Origin: a virus
Lineage: Duplodnaviria; Caudoviricetes
DNA: 46,239 nucleotides
Strand: one strand, 5' to 3'
Virus record (IMG/VR): IMGVR_UViG_3300014656_000008
Coordinates: 1 to 46,239 of that record
Each line of letters starts with the position of its first letter. Positions within the stretch are counted from its first letter, which is position 1. This document shows positions 1 to 10,303 of this stretch, in pieces. The notes under the pieces were generated by a model. That model was given only the letters and a program-made list of their open reading frames with translations. It was not told the DNA's origin and ran no database searches. A program made the position numbers and the translations under genes.

Positions 1-123
1 ACGATAGTAGCGGCGGTGCCGGATGTGACGATCTTCGATGACAGCAACAACGCCGATGTATCTGTGAAGATCGGCACCAGCGCTACGGAGTGTCTGACGA
101 TACAGGTCCTAAACGGTGCGGCG
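1..123. repeat. Terminal direct repeat, copy 1 (identical to 46117-46239); indicates a circular assembly
   Basis: First 123 nt match the last 123 nt exactly; the reading frame runs through the junction. Confidence 0.95.
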
Positions 124-1176
124 AACAAGAGCGCGGAGAGTGTGAACATCGTCTCCTCCACCGCCGCTGCCGGTGCCAACGCGGGGCAGATCACCATCGG
201 TGTCGATGACGCCACGATTCTGACGATAGACGATGGGGGTATCAACGCGATCCTTGGGGCTACGACGCCCGCTGCGGTGGCAGCTACCACTGTGACGACC
301 AGCGGTATTGTGTCCGTAGATGCCACTACGGAGTCTACGAGCACCACCACGGGGTCGATACACACCGATGGTGGCGTAGGCATCGCCAAGGACCTGATTC
401 TGTCGGCAACGTCTACGATCTTCGTCGGCGATACTGCCAACGCCAACATGATCACCGGTTTGACGATCAACCAGGGGGCGAATGACAACCAACTGCTGGC
501 TTTGAAATCGTCGGATATTGACACGGGTCTTACGTCCACTGCGATTGTGACACAAGAGACCACCGATGTTTTTGTCATACAGAAGACGACAGCGGCAGCG
601 GGCGGTGTTCGTATGCAGGCGACGATGGAGGATACCGCAGGACAGCCAGTGGTATTGCAGTTTGTGTCTTATGGGGGAACGGCAGGTACGACAAAGACCA
701 ATGCCGGTGCCTTGGGCCTGGTCGATACTTATGTGTCTGAGCATAACGGCGCAAATGCATTGGCGGATATTACGGCAGATGGGAATATTGCCTCGTGGCG
801 ATGCCGTGTAAGCGGAGCTGATGTGGCGCGGATGGTCCTTGACGAAGATGGGGAGCTTCACCTTACCAACACGACTTTGGTTGCTTTGACGGACCGGGAG
901 CGGGACGCTCATATCGCCCGTGCATTTTCGCTGATGCGCCACAAAGCCGGAGCGCCGGGGCTGGTACGCAGCAAGTATGACGAGGAAGTGGTCTATGACG
1001 AACAGTATCTTGTAGACTCCGGGATTCTTGGCGATACTGTCGCCAATGGCGGACTGTGGAACATCGGACGCCACGTGATACATCTCAACGATGGGCTCTG
1101 GCAAGTGTACAGTAAATTCCGCGAAGCGTTCGAGCGGCTGGAACAGCAGACAGGCCTAAAACTCTTGGAGACATGA
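1..1176 (+). CDS. Putative tail fibre/spike, C-terminal part (gene starts at 45565 and wraps the junction, ~575 aa)
   Basis: In frame with ATG 45565 across the repeat; Thr/Ala/Gly-rich, beta-type sequence; helical C-terminus reminiscent of fibre chaperone ends; follows the nozzle gene. Confidence 0.65.
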   Translation, partial: TIVAAVPDVTIFDDSNNADVSVKIGTSATECLTIQVLNGAANKSAESVNIVSSTAAAGANAGQITIGVDDATILTIDDGGINAILGATTPAAVAATTVTTSGIVSVDATTESTSTTTGSIHTDGGVGIAKDLILSATSTIFVGDTANANMITGLTINQGANDNQLLALKSSDIDTGLTSTAIVTQETTDVFVIQKTTAAAGGVRMQATMEDTAGQPVVLQFVSYGGTAGTTKTNAGALGLVDTYVSEHNGANALADITADGNIASWRCRVSGADVARMVLDEDGELHLTNTTLVALTDRERDAHIARAFSLMRHKAGAPGLVRSKYDEEVVYDEQYLVDSGILGDTVANGGLWNIGRHVIHLNDGLWQVYSKFREAFERLEQQTGLKLLET

Positions 1177-1472
1177 CGATGGCCGTGATGTGTGACATCA
1201 ATTATGCAGGCATCCCAGTGACGGGTGCCAAGTTTACGGTATTGAGTGCATATGTGAAGCAGATCGCTACCCATGGGGATCAGGAGTACGCGGAGTTGCT
1301 ATCCTACCAGACGGAAGTGCAGGCTCCCGATGGAACTGTGATCCCCATCGCTGAGTGGCAAAACCGCAAGGCGCAGGCTGTGGCGTTCGACAGCGCACCG
1401 CTGGCGCAGGCGGAGGCGGATATGATCGCGGTTCTTACTGCGATGGGAGCTACGTACATCACGGCGGTATAG
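1173..1472 (+). CDS. Hypothetical protein (possibly tail-fibre associated)
   Basis: ATGA overlap with the fibre gene; 99 aa. Confidence 0.6.
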   Translation: MTMAVMCDINYAGIPVTGAKFTVLSAYVKQIATHGDQEYAELLSYQTEVQAPDGTVIPIAEWQNRKAQAVAFDSAPLAQAEADMIAVLTAMGATYITAV

Positions 1473-1482
1473 GGAGGCGCAG

Positions 1483-1704
1483 ATGGATCGGGAGGCTTTG
1501 CAGCAGAGGATAGCGGGTCTGGAGAAGGCAGCGCAGGAGCGGGTTGACGTCATGCAGAAGTCCGACGGGGCCTTGCAGGTGCTATTGAACCGGCTGGATG
1601 TGTATCGCGAGTGGCTGAAGGATATCAAGGAGAACGGACAATGTTCGGAATTGATCTCGGCATCGGAAACGTCTTCAGCGCCGTCGTCGCCGTTGGAGGC
1701 ATAG
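1483..1704 (+). CDS. Small coiled-coil protein
   Basis: GGAGG RBS; heptad-like sequence; typical position after fibre genes. Confidence 0.55.
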   Translation: MDREALQQRIAGLEKAAQERVDVMQKSDGALQVLLNRLDVYREWLKDIKENGQCSELISASETSSAPSSPLEA

Positions 1705-1916
1705 CTTTTGGCTGGTGGCGCGGCAAGCAGCTGAAGAATCTTGTTGTTCAAATCTTCGAGTTCATCATGAAGCTGCGTGAGGTGCGCAACGTGGCCAGCG
1801 ACGGGGGTGTGGACATCACGCCGAAGGAGATGGACGCACTCATCAAGGAGGCCGAGGATATTCTGAAGGCCGCAGTCCCGATGTTTACGTGGTGGGTAAA
1901 CAGGAAGAAAGCGTAG
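1641..1916 (+). CDS. Putative holin/membrane lysis protein
   Basis: AAGGAGA RBS before ATG 1641; N-terminal hydrophobic helix followed by basic residues; upstream of the endolysin. Confidence 0.5.
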   Translation: MFGIDLGIGNVFSAVVAVGGIAFGWWRGKQLKNLVVQIFEFIMKLREVRNVASDGGVDITPKEMDALIKEAEDILKAAVPMFTWWVNRKKA

Positions 1917-1919
1917 GCT

Positions 1920-2255
1920 ATGGACCACACATCGCCGGTTCCCGTCTCAGGCAAGCCGGAGATCGTGCTGCGCCTGCTGTTCGACTTCATGGTCCCCATC
2001 GTCATCGCCGTGATTGTTGGGATAAGTGCGTCGTATTTGACGACCAGGGTCCAGGTGGCAATACAACAGAGGGACATCGAGTACAACCAGCAGCGTATCG
2101 AGAATACACAGAAGAACTTTGACAAGCTGTCAACGCAGATGACGGAGTTTATGGTCGCCGCTCGCAAGGAGTGGAGGGATGCGGCCGAGGAGCGCAGCGA
2201 GATCTCCAAACAGTTCGCGGTGATCCAATACCGGCTTGACAGGCTGGAGAAGTGA
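1920..2255 (+). CDS. Membrane-anchored coiled-coil protein (lysis cassette, holin/spanin-like)
   Basis: TM segment FMVPIVIAVIVGISASYL followed by coiled coil. Confidence 0.5.
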   Translation: MDHTSPVPVSGKPEIVLRLLFDFMVPIVIAVIVGISASYLTTRVQVAIQQRDIEYNQQRIENTQKNFDKLSTQMTEFMVAARKEWRDAAEERSEISKQFAVIQYRLDRLEK

Positions 2256-2542
2256 TGTGGACCGTCGCAGCGTGCGCGTGCATCATAGCGGTGTTCTTCT
2301 TCGCCGCTGTGGGCGCGTGGTTGTTCAAGGAGTATATCGTGCGGTGCTGGAATAAGTCGGATATGCTCAGGACGCCATCCAGTGTCCCCAAGCCCATAGG
2401 GCTGGTGCTGTATGATGTCGAGAAGACCCTGAGCGAGCAGGTGGTGAGTATGGCGACGTTGTGCAAGCGTATCGAGCAGCTGGACGCCATTGTCAGGCTG
2501 AGGTTCGAGGTGGGCGAAAGCGAGGACAGACGCAGTGCCTAA
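2252..2542 (+). CDS. Membrane protein (lysis cassette)
   Basis: N-terminal TM helix; overlaps both neighbours. Confidence 0.5.
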   Translation: MMWTVAACACIIAVFFFAAVGAWLFKEYIVRCWNKSDMLRTPSSVPKPIGLVLYDVEKTLSEQVVSMATLCKRIEQLDAIVRLRFEVGESEDRRSA

Positions 2543-2930
2543 GTTCTCCGCCATCTCCAGACAGCGGTTGGAGACGTGCCACGAAGACCTGCAGCGGTTG
2601 TTCCGCGAGGTAGTGAAGTATGTGGACTGCTCAATATTGGAGGGACACCGAGGCCGGGAGCGCCAGGAGCAGATGGTTGCCGAGGGCAAGAGCAAGGTCC
2701 ACTGGCCCGGAGGCAAGCATAATACTGAGCCGTCCAACGCCGTGGACGTAGCGCCGTATCCCATAGACTGGGAGGACATCCGCAGGTGGTATTACTTCGG
2801 CGGCTACGTCCAGGCGACGGCGCAGCAGATGGGGATACCGGTGAGATGGGGTGGAGACTGGAAAGGGGATCACGACTTTTCCGCTAACAAGTTCAACGAT
2901 CTCCCGCACTGGGAGAGGATCGAGGCGTAG
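2535..2930 (+). CDS. Endolysin, M15-family L-Ala-D-Glu peptidase (T5-like)
   Basis: Motifs FSxxSxxRLxxCHxDL, EGHR, KH-x6-AVD, RWGGDW, DLPHWE. Confidence 0.9.
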   Translation: MPKFSAISRQRLETCHEDLQRLFREVVKYVDCSILEGHRGRERQEQMVAEGKSKVHWPGGKHNTEPSNAVDVAPYPIDWEDIRRWYYFGGYVQATAQQMGIPVRWGGDWKGDHDFSANKFNDLPHWERIEA

Positions 2931-2932
2931 CC

Positions 2933-5494
2933 ATGCCCAGCACAGCATCTTCAAGGACCATCGAGTTCACTACGAACCCAACGTATGGGCGCGGGTACTA
3001 TGATGAGCAGGGGCAGTTCTGGTCACAACCACAGGCGAATGTGGGGACGCCGACGCTGATTCCTGGAGTCATGGGGAATCCTACGGTATTCAGCAATGTC
3101 GCCACAAGTGCTACTCCAGGGGATCTTGGTAGGGGGACTCCGGCCGAAGTTCCTGGCGGGTTGCGGCCTCCTACGGGTCTTGTTCTTCCGCCGATAATCA
3201 GCAACGCGATCACGGCAAACCAGGGTGGCGCTGGATCGGTAGCACCTACGCCGGTGCCGCCGTCTTTCGCGGCAACCATTCCGAACTATGGCACCGTAGA
3301 TATCGCCGGGAATTTAATAGGTGCCGGCCCCGGCGCGGCGGCTGTTGGTGCGGGTCCTCCGGTGGGTGGCAACGGCACCGTTCCTCCCGTTGGGGGTAAT
3401 GGAACAGCGGTTCCTAGTGCCCCGACATATCCCGTGAACTTTGACGCCCAGGGCGAGTTCCGCCTTGATGCCAACGGGAACAAGATATACAAGCCCGGTG
3501 AGGGGTATCAATGGACAGGCTTCAGTTGGGTACCGCCGGGGGCCACGTTGTATGGGCAGGCCGGTCCCGTGCAAGCTGGGGTGACGACCCCCACGCAGTT
3601 GCCGCCGATGCCTCCCTCGGGGCAGATCGGCGGGGGCACGGTGATACCGCAGGCTAACGCTATACGGGATGCTACGGGTGCCGTGACGGGGGTAGGTCTA
3701 CCGCCATCGACGACGATACAGCCTTTCGGTGTGTCGACGGCTCCGCCACCTGCAAGGACAGAACCTCCAGTTCAAGGCCCGAAAAGCCCGTGGCTAGGGG
3801 TTCCTGGTGTTGATGATAAAGGAAATATCATTGATGAAACTGCATATACCGACTGGTACCGGCGTACCTATCCACCGGGAGGGACAGCCGGAGCCGGTGC
3901 AAGTGGAAATATATTAGAAGGGGCTGGGCCTCCTCCCGAAGGAACAACGGGAACTCCCGTTGGCGGTCGAGTTCCGATACCAGGATTTTCTGGGGGACAG
4001 GTAACAGACCAAGCATTATACAACGAATGGTATAACAGTTCGTATCTCCCTAATCAAACTGAGTTTGATAGACAGTTCAGCAATCCTATCGCCCAAAGGG
4101 TTCTCAATGGTAATAGTACGCCTGCTGATATGTCTATCATGATAAACGATCTTATGGATATTGGGGTGGATGTGCGCGACGAGTTTAGGATGTTTGAACA
4201 ACAGGGACATCCTTTTTCTCCAGAAGATCAAGCCAAATGGGTTGGTGACGCTTGGTTGTTCGAGAATATGGGAGACCCAGAACGCTATAATACAAACAAG
4301 CCAGAAACGCTTGGAACTGAAGTCTCCCCAGGTATCTTCGTGGACGAGAATGGATTTATTATAGAAGGCGGGGCGAGAAAACCAGCAGTCACGGACAATG
4401 AAACTCCAGATGATCTTGCCAGCAATCCTGCGATAGTGATAGACCTACTCGATAGAGGTGAACTCGATAAGTCCGATCCCAGAGTCGATAGCACTATTAC
4501 GAAGTTGACAAAGAGATTAGAGGTTGGCGCTGCAACGATGAGTACAGAGGAGATCAATCAGATTACGCAGGCCGTACAGGGTCTTCGTAGTTTGGGACTA
4601 TCGGATTTTTTCCAAGGGCAGTTTGCTCCGCTCTATGGTGCGGCGTCGGATCTTTTCGACACGCTGACGCAGAACTACCTGACGCAGCAGTATAACCTCC
4701 CGGGGGCACCGGAGCCGCAGTACTACGGCTCCGAGGAGGTCTATCAGGGGGGTCAGCCTGCGGCGCAGGATATGGACTGGCTGCTCAAGGATGTTCTCGC
4801 CAAGACGCAGATTCCCCAGGCGAACCTGGGGACCGTAGGCGTCGAGAGTCTGCTGCAGCCGGATCGCTATGACATCCAGAACCCGTATATGCTGCAGCTT
4901 GAGGACGAGTTTGGGCAGGCGCAGCAGGATCTGGAGTCCACGCTTGCCGCGCGGGGTATCGGCAACAGCACCATCGCCGATCAGGCGCGGGCGGATCTGC
5001 TGAAGCAGAAGGAGATCGCCAAGGCCAGCGCGGAGATGCAGTTCCTTCAGGGTATCGGCGGGGAGCGTAGAGCCGACACGAGCACCGCCGCGAGCATTCT
5101 GGATCAGCTCTATAGCCAGCAGACCACGGGGTTCTCGGCGTCATTGCAGTTGGCGGATGCCTTGCAAAGCGCCATCACCACCGGCGAGACGATGGATCTC
5201 AACAGGCGGATGGCGGAAATGCAGCGTATGGGGGCCACTGCCGAGGATCTGCAGCAGGCGTTCAACAATGCCCTGCAGTTGCTACAGGTGCAGGAGCAGA
5301 TACCGGCACAGCGGATGCAACTGACGGAGCAGCCGTTGTCTATGCTGCTGAGTGCGCTGTCGGGGACCAACGTGTCGCCGAACGTGCTGACGGGGTTGCA
5401 GACGCAGAGCCAGCCGGGGTGGAGTGAGTACGCCGGGTCTGCTCTGGGTGGGTTAGTGAGCAACATCCCCAATATGTTCAAAATTGCAATTTAA
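2933..5494 (+). CDS. Putative internal virion/DNA-ejection protein
   Basis: 853 aa; Pro/Gly-rich N-half, Gln/Ala-rich helical C-half (LAARGIGNS), Gly-rich hydrophobic end; typical of podovirus ejection proteins. Confidence 0.55.
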   Translation: MPSTASSRTIEFTTNPTYGRGYYDEQGQFWSQPQANVGTPTLIPGVMGNPTVFSNVATSATPGDLGRGTPAEVPGGLRPPTGLVLPPIISNAITANQGGAGSVAPTPVPPSFAATIPNYGTVDIAGNLIGAGPGAAAVGAGPPVGGNGTVPPVGGNGTAVPSAPTYPVNFDAQGEFRLDANGNKIYKPGEGYQWTGFSWVPPGATLYGQAGPVQAGVTTPTQLPPMPPSGQIGGGTVIPQANAIRDATGAVTGVGLPPSTTIQPFGVSTAPPPARTEPPVQGPKSPWLGVPGVDDKGNIIDETAYTDWYRRTYPPGGTAGAGASGNILEGAGPPPEGTTGTPVGGRVPIPGFSGGQVTDQALYNEWYNSSYLPNQTEFDRQFSNPIAQRVLNGNSTPADMSIMINDLMDIGVDVRDEFRMFEQQGHPFSPEDQAKWVGDAWLFENMGDPERYNTNKPETLGTEVSPGIFVDENGFIIEGGARKPAVTDNETPDDLASNPAIVIDLLDRGELDKSDPRVDSTITKLTKRLEVGAATMSTEEINQITQAVQGLRSLGLSDFFQGQFAPLYGAASDLFDTLTQNYLTQQYNLPGAPEPQYYGSEEVYQGGQPAAQDMDWLLKDVLAKTQIPQANLGTVGVESLLQPDRYDIQNPYMLQLEDEFGQAQQDLESTLAARGIGNSTIADQARADLLKQKEIAKASAEMQFLQGIGGERRADTSTAASILDQLYSQQTTGFSASLQLADALQSAITTGETMDLNRRMAEMQRMGATAEDLQQAFNNALQLLQVQEQIPAQRMQLTEQPLSMLLSALSGTNVSPNVLTGLQTQSQPGWSEYAGSALGGLVSNIPNMFKIAI

Positions 5495-5508
5495 CCGACG
5501 GTGTTATC

Positions 5509-6684
5509 ATGGGTTTCGGCAGAGGATTCTTTGCGGGGATGCAGGATATAGGCCCCAACGTGGCGAGCCTGTTCCAGCGGCGTGCCGAGGCGAAGCTGCT
5601 GGGGCAGCAGCAGCGGCAGAGGGCGGGAGAAGCGTCTGTAGCGCAACGGCTGGGGATGACGATACCTCGCCCAGTGGGGCCAGAGAGGTTATTCGAGTTG
5701 TCGCGCATCTCCCAGGACCCGAATGCTGCTCCACTGTTGGATATCATAGGGACGGCGATGCGGCAGCAGCCGGAACCGCAGATGCCGGAATACAAGGTCA
5801 TCGGTGACAGGTTGCTGGAGATGCCCACACAGCTTGGAGAAGCGCCAAAGTACGTTCCTGGCATAGGAGAGCCTGATGTTGACGCGGGGTGGACGAAAGA
5901 AGACGGCAAATGGGTTCATCCCATCACAGGCGAGTACCGATGGCCGTGGAAGCACGATTCCGACTTCGGGATGCCCACCGGGATGCCCGCGCCAAGCAGG
6001 GATAACACCGCAACAAACGATAGGGGATATCTCGTATGGGCTTTGAAGGAAAAAGACCCTCGTTCCAAGCAACTGAACGGCACGCGTGTCTATGATCAGA
6101 TGATGACAATGGACGACATCCAACTTTCTAGGGGATTGGGCGAGAACTGGTTCAACGCCAATAGGCAGTATATAGATGTCAAGCGCAACTATGAGAACAT
6201 GCTGGAGGTTCGCAATCTCAGGACAGGTCCGGGAGACTTGGCCTTGATCGTATCTCTTGCGAAGCTCTTGGACCCTGGGAGTGTGGTCAGGGAAGGAGAG
6301 TATAAAACAGCGGCTGAGGCCGCGATGGGATGGTTGAGGTCGCTTTGGCAGAAACTAGAAAAGGAAACTATAGGGTCAGCGCCATTCCTCAGCGAAGATG
6401 CACGGAAATACATCCTACAGGTTGGGCAGAAACTGCACGATGTTGCGGACAGGAGATACACGGATGAATTAGCATGGAGAAAAGAACAGGTGTCGGGTTG
6501 GGGCCTTGATCCGCAGACGATCTTTGTGGACTACCGCGAGGCTTATGAACGCAAACCTATAGGCGGTGGAGCACTACCTCCTCCAGGAACACCACTGTCC
6601 ACAGAAGTTAAGTTGATGCAAATGCACACTGTTGACAGCATTTTGGAGCGTGTTAACAAGCATATACTGGAATTGCCAGAATGA
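5509..6684 (+). CDS. Putative internal virion/ejection protein
   Basis: GFGRGFFAG start; GDLALI...KLLDPGSVVREGE motif recalled from podovirus virion proteins; synteny. Confidence 0.55.
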   Translation: MGFGRGFFAGMQDIGPNVASLFQRRAEAKLLGQQQRQRAGEASVAQRLGMTIPRPVGPERLFELSRISQDPNAAPLLDIIGTAMRQQPEPQMPEYKVIGDRLLEMPTQLGEAPKYVPGIGEPDVDAGWTKEDGKWVHPITGEYRWPWKHDSDFGMPTGMPAPSRDNTATNDRGYLVWALKEKDPRSKQLNGTRVYDQMMTMDDIQLSRGLGENWFNANRQYIDVKRNYENMLEVRNLRTGPGDLALIVSLAKLLDPGSVVREGEYKTAAEAAMGWLRSLWQKLEKETIGSAPFLSEDARKYILQVGQKLHDVADRRYTDELAWRKEQVSGWGLDPQTIFVDYREAYERKPIGGGALPPPGTPLSTEVKLMQMHTVDSILERVNKHILELPE

Positions 6685-8921
6685 ATGAGCTCATAGGTAA
6701 TATGACGCGACGCGAAGCGCTGGAGTACAAGCGTCAGTTGCTCGAGCGCAAGCGTGAACTGTTGCTCCAGCAGCAGCCGGACCAGTACGATAACAATTAC
6801 TACGGCAACGAGCCCGCCATCGGGTGGGGTTTACGGGCTTTGCAGTCCTTTGCCTTGACGCCGGAGGGCAAGAAGAAGATCTTGTCGCAGTATCTTGATG
6901 ACGGCGAGGAGATAGTGTGGCTCAAGGACATGAAGCAGCTGGGTATCCGCGACAAGCAGGGTGATTTAAGACTTACCGATCCCAGTGGTTGGGGTGACAT
7001 CATCGGCGACATCGCCGACCTCGTAGGGTATCTGCCGGAAGTAGTGTATGGTACGGCTGGAGGCCTGATGGGTGCCGGTGGTGGCAGCATAGCCATGCCC
7101 GGTGTCGGCACGGTAGCGGGTATGATCGCCGGTGCCGGTGGTGGTGCTATGCTGGGGCGGGCTACGCAGACTTCTGTCGCCGATATGTTCGGGGCGCAGG
7201 AGAAACCTCCCGGTTTCGGTGCTCTCGGTGCCGCCTTCAGTCGAGGGGCCTTGGGTGAGGCTATGGGCCAGGTGGGGGCAAGGGCTGTAGGTTTCGGTCT
7301 CCAGCAGGCGGTGAAGCCTTTTGCCAAGTGGTTCGGCAAGATGGGTGTCAGCGGCGAAAATCAGGCGATACGGCAGGCGGCGAAGGAGTTAGGTATCCCG
7401 GTGAATCTGCTGCCGGCGTCGGCGCTGACGGAATCGAACATGCTGCGGCGTGGAGAGCAGTATGTGCGCCAAGGTGTTCTTACCACCGACATTATCAAGG
7501 AGCATATCGATGAGCCTTTCAACAGGGCTTTGTTGAAGTCCTTCGGTGAGTTGCGGGAGAGCATCAGGGGATTGCCAATTCATCAGGGGGAACCGTGGCT
7601 CTATCATCCCAACTTCCCGTTGAGGGCGGGTATAGATCTGGGGGACTTTGAGGATGCCGTAGTGCGGCAGGTTGTGGACTCCCGCGAAGCTACGGGGCAT
7701 TTCATTGATGTGGCGTACAAGGAATTGACGAAGCTGGTGCCGGAGAGCACGCCGGTGGAGATGCCGAATACGGCGGCATTCCTGGGGAAATGGACCAGTG
7801 GTCTTGCGGAGTTTCCGAGTCTGCGGACGGGGCAGTTGAAGAATGTCGATGCTCTGGCTGAGGCGGTGAAGCAGGTCAAGGACCTGGGGCAGATGAAGCG
7901 CTTGAAGCAGCTCGTAGGGCAACTTGCCTATGACGAAGATACCTACGGCAAGATGGGCGACGCCTTGTATGCCAACATCATGAGTGACTTCGAGTACAAC
8001 TTCAGCGAGGCTGCTTTGCCGGGGTTGCTGGCAAAAGTCCTGCCGGAGAAGATAGCGGAGCAGCGTGGGTCTGAGGCTATCTTTCGGTGGAAGCGGTATC
8101 TGGGGTTGGCGAAGCGCAACTATGCTTTGGACAAGTCCAAGGCTGTGAGGCAGGTCTTTGGCAAGGACAAGACGCCGGATCTGGCGTTATTGGATGACAT
8201 GGCGGTGAAGGTGGCGAGGTGCAAGAGCAGGAGGGCGATACAGGCTTTCAAGCAGCGCATTCGTGCTGTCGATACGCCGGAAGGCATTCCTAGCGATCCC
8301 AAGGGAGAGTTTTTGTGGGATCAGATGAAGCAGCTGCTGTTGGATCGCATCATAGTGGAATCTTTGTCTGATCCTGCGGCTCTGATGCCCGGTGCCAATG
8401 TAGGGCAGTTGCACATGAGCGGGAGAAACTTCTACAACAGGCTCTTCGGTCCCCAGGGGTTAGGAGAGGACATCGTTGAAGAGATTTACGGCGCGGCGGC
8501 GAGTAAGAAGCTGAAGAATATCGCTACTGTCTTGTTGGATGGGACGGTAGCGCAGCGTATGTTCGCCAACTACTCCTCGTCGGGTGTGTGGTTCGAGATG
8601 CAGGAGATGCTCACCAGTGGCTTTTGGTCGAAGGCAAAAGCGATACCTGCTCGCTTCGCCATCGCCAAGAACATCGGTTTGCCGCAGGCGGAGCACAAGT
8701 CTATGCTGGGGCGCGAGTATCTGACGGAGGGCAAGGTTCCCAGCGTAGAGCACTTAGTGGAGTGGATGCGGTATAAGCTGAGTCATCCTGTAGACCTGCC
8801 GATGGTGCGCCATGTAGGTTTGTGGAGCCCAGTAAGGAAGGCGGCGCGGCAGACGGTGGCGCAGGTCATAGGACGTGAAGAGACGCCGCAGGTGGCACCT
8901 CGTGGGGTTCCGCAGTATTAG
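6681..8921 (+). CDS. Putative large DNA-ejection protein
   Basis: 746 aa with a Gly/Ala-rich membrane-like segment (GGLMGAGGG...GAGGGAMLG); last of three large genes. Confidence 0.55.
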   Translation: MNELIGNMTRREALEYKRQLLERKRELLLQQQPDQYDNNYYGNEPAIGWGLRALQSFALTPEGKKKILSQYLDDGEEIVWLKDMKQLGIRDKQGDLRLTDPSGWGDIIGDIADLVGYLPEVVYGTAGGLMGAGGGSIAMPGVGTVAGMIAGAGGGAMLGRATQTSVADMFGAQEKPPGFGALGAAFSRGALGEAMGQVGARAVGFGLQQAVKPFAKWFGKMGVSGENQAIRQAAKELGIPVNLLPASALTESNMLRRGEQYVRQGVLTTDIIKEHIDEPFNRALLKSFGELRESIRGLPIHQGEPWLYHPNFPLRAGIDLGDFEDAVVRQVVDSREATGHFIDVAYKELTKLVPESTPVEMPNTAAFLGKWTSGLAEFPSLRTGQLKNVDALAEAVKQVKDLGQMKRLKQLVGQLAYDEDTYGKMGDALYANIMSDFEYNFSEAALPGLLAKVLPEKIAEQRGSEAIFRWKRYLGLAKRNYALDKSKAVRQVFGKDKTPDLALLDDMAVKVARCKSRRAIQAFKQRIRAVDTPEGIPSDPKGEFLWDQMKQLLLDRIIVESLSDPAALMPGANVGQLHMSGRNFYNRLFGPQGLGEDIVEEIYGAAASKKLKNIATVLLDGTVAQRMFANYSSSGVWFEMQEMLTSGFWSKAKAIPARFAIAKNIGLPQAEHKSMLGREYLTEGKVPSVEHLVEWMRYKLSHPVDLPMVRHVGLWSPVRKAARQTVAQVIGREETPQVAPRGVPQY

Positions 8922-8945
8922 GGCTATATGTGTATAGAGTTCGCT

Positions 8946-8972
8946 GCAGCCGGGCAAGTGCCGGCTGTTTTT
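8946..8972 (+). terminator. Probable intrinsic terminator after the ejection genes
   Basis: CAGCCGG-gcaagtg-CCGGCTG followed by a T run. Confidence 0.6.
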
Positions 8973-8986
8973 GTGAGGGTCGAGGA

Positions 8987-9982
8987 ATGCCAGGACCGAG
9001 GCATCAGAACGACATCACGCGCATTATCGAGACGGATTATATACCCATCAGTCCCGATACATTGCAGCCCGAGACGGAGGGTGGGTTGGCACTGGAGCAG
9101 CACCAGGTGCGGATCTTGAATCATATATTTAAGCCCGTAGGTATGGGTCGTGGGCGTCCGAAGGGGTTGAGATACGACACCGTGATTTTTTCATGTCCCA
9201 AGAAGAGCGGGAAAACTGCGATACAGACCGGTGTATTATACGCCTGGGCAAGGACTTACGGTGGGGAGATATATTGTCTTGCCAATACCGAGGGGCAGGC
9301 CAAAGAGCGAGCGTATACCAGGCTGTATAACATGTTGAGGCACCTGGAGCGTACTAACCCGCTGCGGTATCATGCTGAGGTCGAGGACTGCCAGGCATTG
9401 GAGATCACGTTCAAGAATCCGTATGCCAAGGTGTATGTGATCCCGGCGATACCGGGTTCCCAGGCCGGGTCGTTCGTAAGTCTCAGTGCGTGGGATGAGT
9501 TGTGGGCATATAACAGGGAGGTTCTTAAACGGTTGTGGGCGGAGTTCAGTCCCATCCCCCAGCTTTTCGGGAGGAGTATGAGGTTTGTGACGACATATGC
9601 GGGCTATCTCGGGGAGTCGGAGCTGTTGTGGTCCATCTATGAAGCCATTGTGAAGCCTGACCCGCAGAAGGGCGACGAGCCGCAGGGCAATAAGGTCAAG
9701 GGGCTGGAGGATCTTCCCTGTTATGTAAGCGATGACGGCAGGACTTTCGTGTATTGGGATCATGTGCCTCGTATGCCGTGGCACACCCAAGAATTTCTGG
9801 AATCCCGGAAGACGGATAAGTCTATCCCGGCGCAGGAGTATTTGCGGTTATGGCAAAACCGGTGGGTTGCGGGTCAGGATGCGTTCATAGATATCGAGGC
9901 GTATGACGCCCTTGTGGTGAAGGGTAAGGCGATGGGCCTATTTAACCGCGCCACTTTCCCGGCGGATGTCCATGTAGCTTAG
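8987..9982 (+). CDS. terL: Terminase large subunit, ATPase domain only
   Basis: Q-motif-like HQVRIL, Walker A PKKSGKT, Walker B SAWDE, motif III FVTT, EYLRLWQNRW linker then stop; GAGG before ATG 8987; no nuclease domain. Confidence 0.85.
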   Translation: MPGPRHQNDITRIIETDYIPISPDTLQPETEGGLALEQHQVRILNHIFKPVGMGRGRPKGLRYDTVIFSCPKKSGKTAIQTGVLYAWARTYGGEIYCLANTEGQAKERAYTRLYNMLRHLERTNPLRYHAEVEDCQALEITFKNPYAKVYVIPAIPGSQAGSFVSLSAWDELWAYNREVLKRLWAEFSPIPQLFGRSMRFVTTYAGYLGESELLWSIYEAIVKPDPQKGDEPQGNKVKGLEDLPCYVSDDGRTFVYWDHVPRMPWHTQEFLESRKTDKSIPAQEYLRLWQNRWVAGQDAFIDIEAYDALVVKGKAMGLFNRATFPADVHVA

Positions 9983-10303
9983 TATCACCCTGGACCTGGA
10001 TATCTTGCGGCGCTTGGCTTCTTTGTCCAGGGCTGCGATGACGGACCGGGGCAGGTAGACGGGTATCATGGTTGTGCGTTCTTTCATCTGCGCCTCCGGT
10101 AGTTATGGCGCAGGAACTTGGATCTGGGAGTTTCGCAGCGGTGGACTCCCCATGCGGCTATGAGGCATAGGATCACGGGTATAAGCAGTGGCAGGTAAGT
10201 CACGAGAACCTCCATTAAGGCGTGTGAGAGGCTGCAGAAACGACGATCTCCCCAAACCCATACCGGGATACGGGTAAAGGGAGATCGTGGCGTTATAGGG
10301 CTG

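Noticed and set aside
3356-3410. Tandem PPVGGNGT repeat
   Set aside because: Ordinary low-complexity duplication in a Pro/Gly-rich protein region.
9900-9982. Split intein joining the terminase halves
   Set aside because: No C/S-initiated intein N-block after the ATPase and no HN-C/S/T motif before the nuclease domain.
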